64,000 nucleotides of DNA from NCBI GenBank assembly GCA_963663165.1, contig OY760175.1, forward strand, positions 4,544,001 to 4,608,000, read 5' to 3'. The position numbers were made by a program, and so were the translations under genes. A model generated the notes under the pieces. The model did no database searches. It saw nothing but the letters and a program-made list of their open reading frames with translations, and had not been told where the DNA came from. This document shows, piece after piece, positions 24,501 through 30,217 of the stretch (positions within the stretch are counted from its first letter, which is position 1; each line of letters starts with the position of its first letter). The stretch comes from an uncultured Desulfospira sp. GTDB lineage: Bacteria > Desulfobacterota > Desulfobacteria > Desulfobacterales > Desulfobacteraceae.

Positions 24501-25337
24501 GGTGTTATAGTAAACCGCAATTCTTCCGCCGCTGCCGCCACCGCCGTCATCGGAGTATCCATCACCGCCGTCGGCTGTAATCACACCGGTTCCGGTTATG
24601 CTCCCCGCTGTTATATAAACCGATCCGCCTGATCCGCCGCCTGAGGCATAAGTGTAATCATTAGCGCCATTCCCGCCGTCGGCATGAATACCGCCGTATA
24701 AGGATAGAGTACTGCCTATGGTCAGTTTTACGGCCCCGCCGCCGGCCCCGCCCTTATACCTGTAACCGGTGCCGCAGCTGTCACCGCCGCCGCTGCCGGG
24801 CCGCGTCGGCTCAGTGATGCTCCCGTAACTTTCCCCTCCGGCCACACTCCCATCTTTAGAAATGCCGCCAATGCCGCCGTGGCCAGCGCCTCCTGCATCC
24901 CTAGTGCTTTCAGTGCCCTGGCCCGGCCCTTCCGATCCGGCATATCCTTTTGTGTTTAAATTGATGCTTGAATCCGAATCAATGGACATATCGCCGGTTA
25001 TGGTCAGATCCAATAAATTTTCAGAGGCTGCGCTGTGGGTCAGCACGCCACCGTTTATCAGGGTCACATTTGTAAAGGTATGGGGACCGTCCACCGTGAG
25101 GGTACAGTTATTCACGATGATGGTTTGTTCGTCATATGTTGAAACACCGAAGCCTATGGATGCGTTTTGGGTAAATTCCTGGGCGGATACATTATTTACC
25201 GACAGGCAGACCAGGGCAAAAATTATCAGTGCCAAAGGCAAGAGAAAAATGCCGGTCCGGTGTCTAAATTGACTTAAACGGTTTTCCCGTTCATGTGCGG
25301 ATGCTTCTTTTTTCAAGCTTGGCGTGAAAATTTTCAT
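9594..25337 (-). CDS. Giant 5247-aa exported protein: Gly-rich repeats + Ig/FN3 stalk + Rhs/YD repeats + Rhs core + Cys-rich C-terminal domain
   Basis: Signal peptide; 6 Gly-rich units (~25040-20360); FN3/Ig-like domains (~20350-13950); YD repeats (~13550-10300); Rhs core [25 protein letters not shown]...[10 protein letters not shown]. Confidence 0.95.
   Translation of the reverse strand: [5247 protein letters not shown]
20360..25040 (-). repeat. Six Gly-rich repeat units; four near-identical at DNA level with 822-bp period
   Basis: Equivalent positions at 22262, 23084, 23906 and 24728. Protein motif GGAGHGG...GSGGG...GGAGGG...[10 protein letters not shown]...[13 protein letters not shown]. 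Confidence 0.95.
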
Positions 25338-25395
25338 CTTTATGTCCTCTTCTCCATCAATGGCGCTATTTTTTTCGGCCCTGTAATTTATTGGA

Positions 25396-26298
25396 TCAGT
25401 CGTTCATTGTAACTTTTAAGCCCTTGCCCTCAAACCGGAAGCGGTGGTGGCCTTCCATGACATCTGTTTTGGTCTTTCCAAAAATCCGCATGGCAACATA
25501 CCAGGCGGCATTCTGTTTAAAGATCCGTTTATGGGCATCGGCGATCTGCCAGGTGTGGTTCTCATAAATTTCAGCCCAGTTGTGGTAGCTGGCCGGATGC
25601 AGCACTTCATTTTGTTTGCAGATATATCCCCCCACGCACCGGGCCGGGATGGCGTTGGCCCGGCACAGGGCAGCAAAGAGGTACATGTATTCGGTGCAGT
25701 CGCCTTTTTTGTGCTCAAGGGCGTAGAGCGCGCCCTTGTCTTTGCCCGAAAAGCCGGCATAGGTCATGTGGTTGACCATCCACTGGAAGGTGTTTTGGGC
25801 GGTTTTTTCAGGGGTGGCGGCTTTCAGCGGCTGGGCCGTACGGATGATTTGCGGGTCATCGCACTGGATGAATGGTTCAGGCTCTAAAAAGGGGTTTAAA
25901 TCCGTCGCCTTTTCCGGGTTGGGCGAATCCGCCATCATGAGATTTGCCGTGATGGAAAGGATCCGGCTGCCGTAAGGCGGCAGTTTTTCGATCACGAAAT
26001 AAAGAATCTGATTGCCCAGATCGTCCACAATCACCTCATGGGGATGGGCGGTTTCAATGTTGACGCATTGCTGGGTTGGCGTCAGCTTTACCGGTCCATA
26101 GGTCCAGAACCGGGCATTTTCAATAAGATCGCCGGTGGTATTTTTCAGGGTGAACGAATAATGGATCTGTCGTGAAATTGAATTCGGGCTGTCTGTCTTT
26201 TCAAGGTCCCGGCTGAATGCCGGTAACGTTGAAACAACCATCAGCAGAACACAGATTGCCGCATGAATGCAGATTTCTTTTGAAGTCATGCCTAACAT
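25396..26298 (-). CDS. Exported transglutaminase-like (Cys-His-Asp) protein
   Basis: GDCTEY, YHNWAEIY and WQIADAH motifs of the transglutaminase-like core; N-terminal hydrophobic signal (AAICVLLMVVSTLPAFS). Confidence 0.88.
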   Translation of the reverse strand: MLGMTSKEICIHAAICVLLMVVSTLPAFSRDLEKTDSPNSISRQIHYSFTLKNTTGDLIENARFWTYGPVKLTPTQQCVNIETAHPHEVIVDDLGNQILYFVIEKLPPYGSRILSITANLMMADSPNPEKATDLNPFLEPEPFIQCDDPQIIRTAQPLKAATPEKTAQNTFQWMVNHMTYAGFSGKDKGALYALEHKKGDCTEYMYLFAALCRANAIPARCVGGYICKQNEVLHPASYHNWAEIYENHTWQIADAHKRIFKQNAAWYVAMRIFGKTKTDVMEGHHRFRFEGKGLKVTMND

Positions 26299-26394
26299 TT
26301 ATTCCATCCTTAGTTGGTAAACATGGGAGACGGGTGCTGCCGCCAACGTGAAATCAATACCAATTTTATTATATAATAATATAATATCAAATGA

Positions 26395-26410
26395 AGCAAT
26401 AAACGTGCCG
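26395..26410 (-). promoter_or_regulatory. Sigma-54 promoter for the transglutaminase/giant-Rhs operon
   Basis: Minus strand CGGCACGTTTATTGCT, a near-perfect match to TGGCACG-N4-TTGCW. Confidence 0.8.
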
Positions 26411-26477
26411 AAAAAAATGGTATTCTGGAAAGCCGGATCTGTGGGGTTTACGAAATTTTTGGGAATTTTTTTCTATA

Positions 26478-26532
26478 GAAAAAATGTAATCATTTTATGT
26501 AAAAAATTTCTCAGTGTGTAAAAAATTTCTCA
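26478..26532. promoter_or_regulatory. Putative enhancer block, two exact copies of TGTAAAAAATTTCTCA
   Basis: Copies at 26498-26513 and 26517-26532, ~90-120 bp upstream of the sigma-54 site. Confidence 0.7.
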
Positions 26533-26581
26533 TTGCTGCTGTTCAAAAGCCGGGCAGGGGAACCGGCTTAAAAAGGACCGG

Positions 26582-27724
26582 TCAAATTTTGTGGCGACAT
26601 TGAAACACGATTTTTCCGGATTCGGGAAGTTCCAGCTTGAGAAACCGGGCTTCTCCGGGTGTGGCCGGCTTTTGGGGTGTGGCACCGGCAATGGCCAATT
26701 CCAGACCGGGAGGGGTATTCACTGAGAAAAAAACGGCGTCGGACAGGGCCTGCCGGGGGACTTTGGCAATCCAGTCCATGTGGACGACAACCCGGTTGCC
26801 CTGGTGTTGAACTGTAGACTGGGTCTGATTCAGATACTGGGTTAAGCACACGGAAATGTCCCGGGCCTGAAGGGCCTGTCTTTTCCGGGCCTCCCGGGTA
26901 ATGAACGTTGCCCAGGCATGGACCACATCCATATTGTTTTCAGGGTTTTTATCCAGGATATTGGCCCAGTGCAGGGGGATAATCGGCCGGCCAAAGTCAA
27001 CTTCTGGCTCAGGGGCGGTCCGGTTCCAGGAGATGTCGGACTTTCCCCGGTCCATGACCATGATGCCGTCTTCCCAGCCGATGTTTGGGAACTGGGGTTG
27101 GGCATGGCATTTAGCCCTGTCAAATCTCAAGGTGATGTACTGGATGCCAAAGTCCCGCGCCATGCCTTGAAACCCTTTTTCGCCGTTGCCGAAACTGTGG
27201 TTCAGGGCCGGGGGAATAAACAGCCTTAAGCTGGTGTTCAGGCCATATTGGTCCATGAGCCTGAAAAAATATTCCAGGTGTTTTTTGACTTCATCGGAGG
27301 GGCGCATGGTGCCGGACCGGTCGTGGAACTCGCTTCGGCTGAGTCTGTCGTTTTCCCAGAATTCGTGGCCAATGCCGTGGACGGCCGGTTCAATAAAATC
27401 CCCGGATGTTTTGATGAGGTCGGCGGCCTGTTCTTTTAATGCCGTGTTTTCAGGACAGCCCCGCCACTGCTCCCCCATCCAGGTGGCTGACGGCAGGTGC
27501 CTGAGAAGGCCTGTCCGGTCCCATTCACACATGACAAAACCCGCCGGAATCCGCATATGTAATTTTTCGCCCAGGGCGATAAGGGCCTGGTAATCTGCCA
27601 GGCAGTGGCCCCGGTTTATGCCGGTCCGGAAGGGCTGGTTCAGGGCGGAGCCATCCTGACCGTTCCACCAGCCCACATCATCCACGGTGACCAGAAAGGG
27701 CATGGGGATTTTAATATCGATCAT
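26582..27724 (-). CDS. Hypothetical protein, polysaccharide-deacetylase/NodB-like fold suspected
   Basis: Start reassigned to MIDIK at 27724 (ATGA overlap with the upstream stop). Contains VTVDDVGW, AVHGIGHE and FIPP motifs. Confidence 0.65.
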   Translation of the reverse strand: MIDIKIPMPFLVTVDDVGWWNGQDGSALNQPFRTGINRGHCLADYQALIALGEKLHMRIPAGFVMCEWDRTGLLRHLPSATWMGEQWRGCPENTALKEQAADLIKTSGDFIEPAVHGIGHEFWENDRLSRSEFHDRSGTMRPSDEVKKHLEYFFRLMDQYGLNTSLRLFIPPALNHSFGNGEKGFQGMARDFGIQYITLRFDRAKCHAQPQFPNIGWEDGIMVMDRGKSDISWNRTAPEPEVDFGRPIIPLHWANILDKNPENNMDVVHAWATFITREARKRQALQARDISVCLTQYLNQTQSTVQHQGNRVVVHMDWIAKVPRQALSDAVFFSVNTPPGLELAIAGATPQKPATPGEARFLKLELPESGKIVFQCRHKI

Positions 27725-28761
27725 AGGGATATGTATTTCCTGACCCTGGGCCCCGCCAGGTTGGCCCCCCACTGGGGCAGCATTGCCCAGGACGGTAGGC
27801 TCAAGGTCTCTTTTGCCGGCTTTCCCTGGTCCAGTTGCCAGGAATACCAGCTTAAAGGGGTTTCTTTGGGCCTCCACTGGCGCTTGAACCGGTAGGTGGC
27901 GGCCCCTTTGGACGACCGCCCCATATCAAAGGTGTGAAGGCCCAGGTTGCAGGCAAATCCGATCATCTGCCAGTACAGCAGCATATTGGTATTCAGGTGG
28001 CGGAACTCTCTGAGCGACGATGCCCAGGGGTTGGCCAGCCGGTCCTTGAACCGGAACATGAACCCGGCCGCGGCAGGCTTGCCCTGGTAATACACCACAC
28101 AGATAAAGGCATGGGCGGGAAAACAGGCAAAGATTAGCTTAAAAAATGGCTTTGAATGAACCGGCGATCCCAGGTCCCTCATGTTCCGGCTGAACACCTG
28201 ATAAAAGGGGTCAACAAGGCGTGCTTTGCCGATATCCCAGGTCAGGCCGTGTTTCATGCCTTTATGGATCTGGCTTCTGAGCTTGGAGGGAAATCCTGCC
28301 ATCATCTGCTGCCGGTCCGGGGCAAGGGGGATGCCAAGCCCCACCTTTTCACTGTAAACCCGGGGGGCCTGTTCCCGGATTTGAAAATCAGACATCTCAA
28401 AATCGGGGCCCTGCCTTAGCACCATGGCACCGGCCCCTTTGCCGGCAAGCATGGCACCGGCTTTCTGCAGCAGCAGGGTTCCGGATTCAGGGTCCCGGGC
28501 CAGGATGCCGGCCTGGTCAAAAAAGGGGATGGAAACCCCGTCCGGCCGGCAAAAGGGGCGTTTAAACCGGAAAAGGGGAAGGATTGCCCGGATCTCCCCG
28601 CATGGGCTGCCCTGGATGGCCAGGTACAGGGGGGAGTGGCCGTAAGCCTGTTCAATGACCCTTTGCCAGCCGGATAAATGCCCGTAGGATGAGCCGGGCA
28701 TGGCAAAGACAAACCGGTCCCATTCCGTAAAGTTGTCAATAATTTTTAGCTGTGCCGGCAT
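27721..28761 (-). CDS. FemAB-related GNAT protein of the PEP-CTERM/exosortase-associated type
   Basis: WQRVIEQAYGH, VSIPFFDQAG, KLRSQIHKG, FSRNMRDLGSPVHS, NMLLYW and FDMGRS...TYRFKRQW motifs. Confidence 0.85.
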   Translation of the reverse strand: MPAQLKIIDNFTEWDRFVFAMPGSSYGHLSGWQRVIEQAYGHSPLYLAIQGSPCGEIRAILPLFRFKRPFCRPDGVSIPFFDQAGILARDPESGTLLLQKAGAMLAGKGAGAMVLRQGPDFEMSDFQIREQAPRVYSEKVGLGIPLAPDRQQMMAGFPSKLRSQIHKGMKHGLTWDIGKARLVDPFYQVFSRNMRDLGSPVHSKPFFKLIFACFPAHAFICVVYYQGKPAAAGFMFRFKDRLANPWASSLREFRHLNTNMLLYWQMIGFACNLGLHTFDMGRSSKGAATYRFKRQWRPKETPLSWYSWQLDQGKPAKETLSLPSWAMLPQWGANLAGPRVRKYISL

Positions 28762-29048
28762 TTGGCCTTTATTGGTTTTCAATTAGCAGAGTTTACCATG
28801 AGCCGGCATAATTTCCAAAGAAATCTCCTGTTGGCCCAGGGAAAATACCCTTTTCGCCTATGGGGTTAACATATCGGCTATATATGCCCACGACCGGGTT
28901 GAGCTTAACCCGGCCCCCCTGAAACCGCCTTGTTATGGAGAAAATCAATTTATGGTTTGCCGGGTTATTTAGATTATCACTTTGACCTGTGGCCAGATTT
29001 TTTTTTAGTATTCATGTTCATATCAAATGCTTCCAAAAAAGGACCTGT

Positions 29049-30185
29049 ATGATTGATTTCAAGCCCTTTACCTCTTTTTCAGAACTCAGTATTGCCGACC
29101 TTGACCAGTGGCACCAGGATGGGGGAAAAATTGCCGGGGTCTATTGTGTGTATGCCCCCAGTGAACTGATCCGGGCGGCGGGCATGGTTCCTGTGGGGCT
29201 TTGCGGCAAAAAGCAGGCCCCCATCCAGGCGGCGGAAAAGGACCTGCCGGCAAGCTTCTGTCCCTTGATTAAATCCAGCTACGGGTATGCCGTGACCGAT
29301 ACCTGTCCGTTTTTTGCCTTTTCGGACGTGGTGATTGCCGAAACCACCTGTGACGGCAAAAAAAAGATGTATGAGCTGATGGGCCGGATCAAACCCCTGC
29401 ACCTGATGCACCTTCCCTATACCAGCCGGGGCGGTTCCGCCCTCCGGTACTGGATGGACAGCCTGGCTGACCTGGAACGGTTTGTTTGCGGATATTCAAA
29501 GCAGAAAGTGACCGAACAAAACCTTCACCATCAGATCGTGATCCAGAATAAAATTAAAAAAGCCCTTTATGACATCATTGTCCTGGCTGCGGATCCGCGT
29601 TCCCCGGTGTCGGAAAGTCAGATGCTGGCCATTTATGAGAGCAAAAGCTTTTCGGTTTCCCAGCAGGCCTATCTGGCAAGCCTTTACACCTTAAAGGAGC
29701 AGTTTGAAAGTTTTCTGGCCCAGCCGGATCTTGCCCCAAGAAAAGTGCCCCGCATCCTGCTCACCGGCTGCCCCATCGGCAAAGGCTGTGAAAAGGTGAT
29801 CCGTATTATTGAAGACCTCGGGGGCCGGGTGGTCTGTATGGAGAACTGCACCGGACTCAAGGGGCTGGTTCTGCCCGTTGATGAGTCGGGCAACCCCTAT
29901 GAAGCCCTGGCCCGCCGGTACCTTGACATTCCCTGTTCATGCATGACCCCCAATGACAACCGCCTTGAGTCCATCCGTCAGATGGCCCAACTTTTCAAGG
30001 TGGACGGGGTCATTGACCTGACCTGGCTTGGGTGCCACACCTATAATGCCGAATCCCGGATCATTCACCGCCTGGTGGAAGATGATCTCAACCTGCCCTT
30101 TGCCCAGATTGAAACCGATTACTCATCTTCGGATGAAGGACAGCTGCAAACCCGTATCGAAGCTTCCATGGAGCTGATGGAATAG
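29049..30185 (+). CDS. 2-hydroxyacyl-CoA dehydratase-family / double-cubane-cluster reductase-like protein (YjiM-like)
   Basis: YCVYAP, CPLIKS, ETTCDGKKK, LTGCP, CHTY and IETDYS...QLQTRIEA motifs; start MIDFK after AAGGA. Confidence 0.85.
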   Translation: MIDFKPFTSFSELSIADLDQWHQDGGKIAGVYCVYAPSELIRAAGMVPVGLCGKKQAPIQAAEKDLPASFCPLIKSSYGYAVTDTCPFFAFSDVVIAETTCDGKKKMYELMGRIKPLHLMHLPYTSRGGSALRYWMDSLADLERFVCGYSKQKVTEQNLHHQIVIQNKIKKALYDIIVLAADPRSPVSESQMLAIYESKSFSVSQQAYLASLYTLKEQFESFLAQPDLAPRKVPRILLTGCPIGKGCEKVIRIIEDLGGRVVCMENCTGLKGLVLPVDESGNPYEALARRYLDIPCSCMTPNDNRLESIRQMAQLFKVDGVIDLTWLGCHTYNAESRIIHRLVEDDLNLPFAQIETDYSSSDEGQLQTRIEASMELME

Positions 30186-30217
30186 ACCATATCAATGATA
30201 AAAAGGAGAATCTCTTA

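Noticed and set aside
20360..25040. Long repeats as a CRISPR array or diversity-generating retroelement
   Set aside because: The repeats are in-frame coding units without spacers; no cas or reverse transcriptase gene is in the window.
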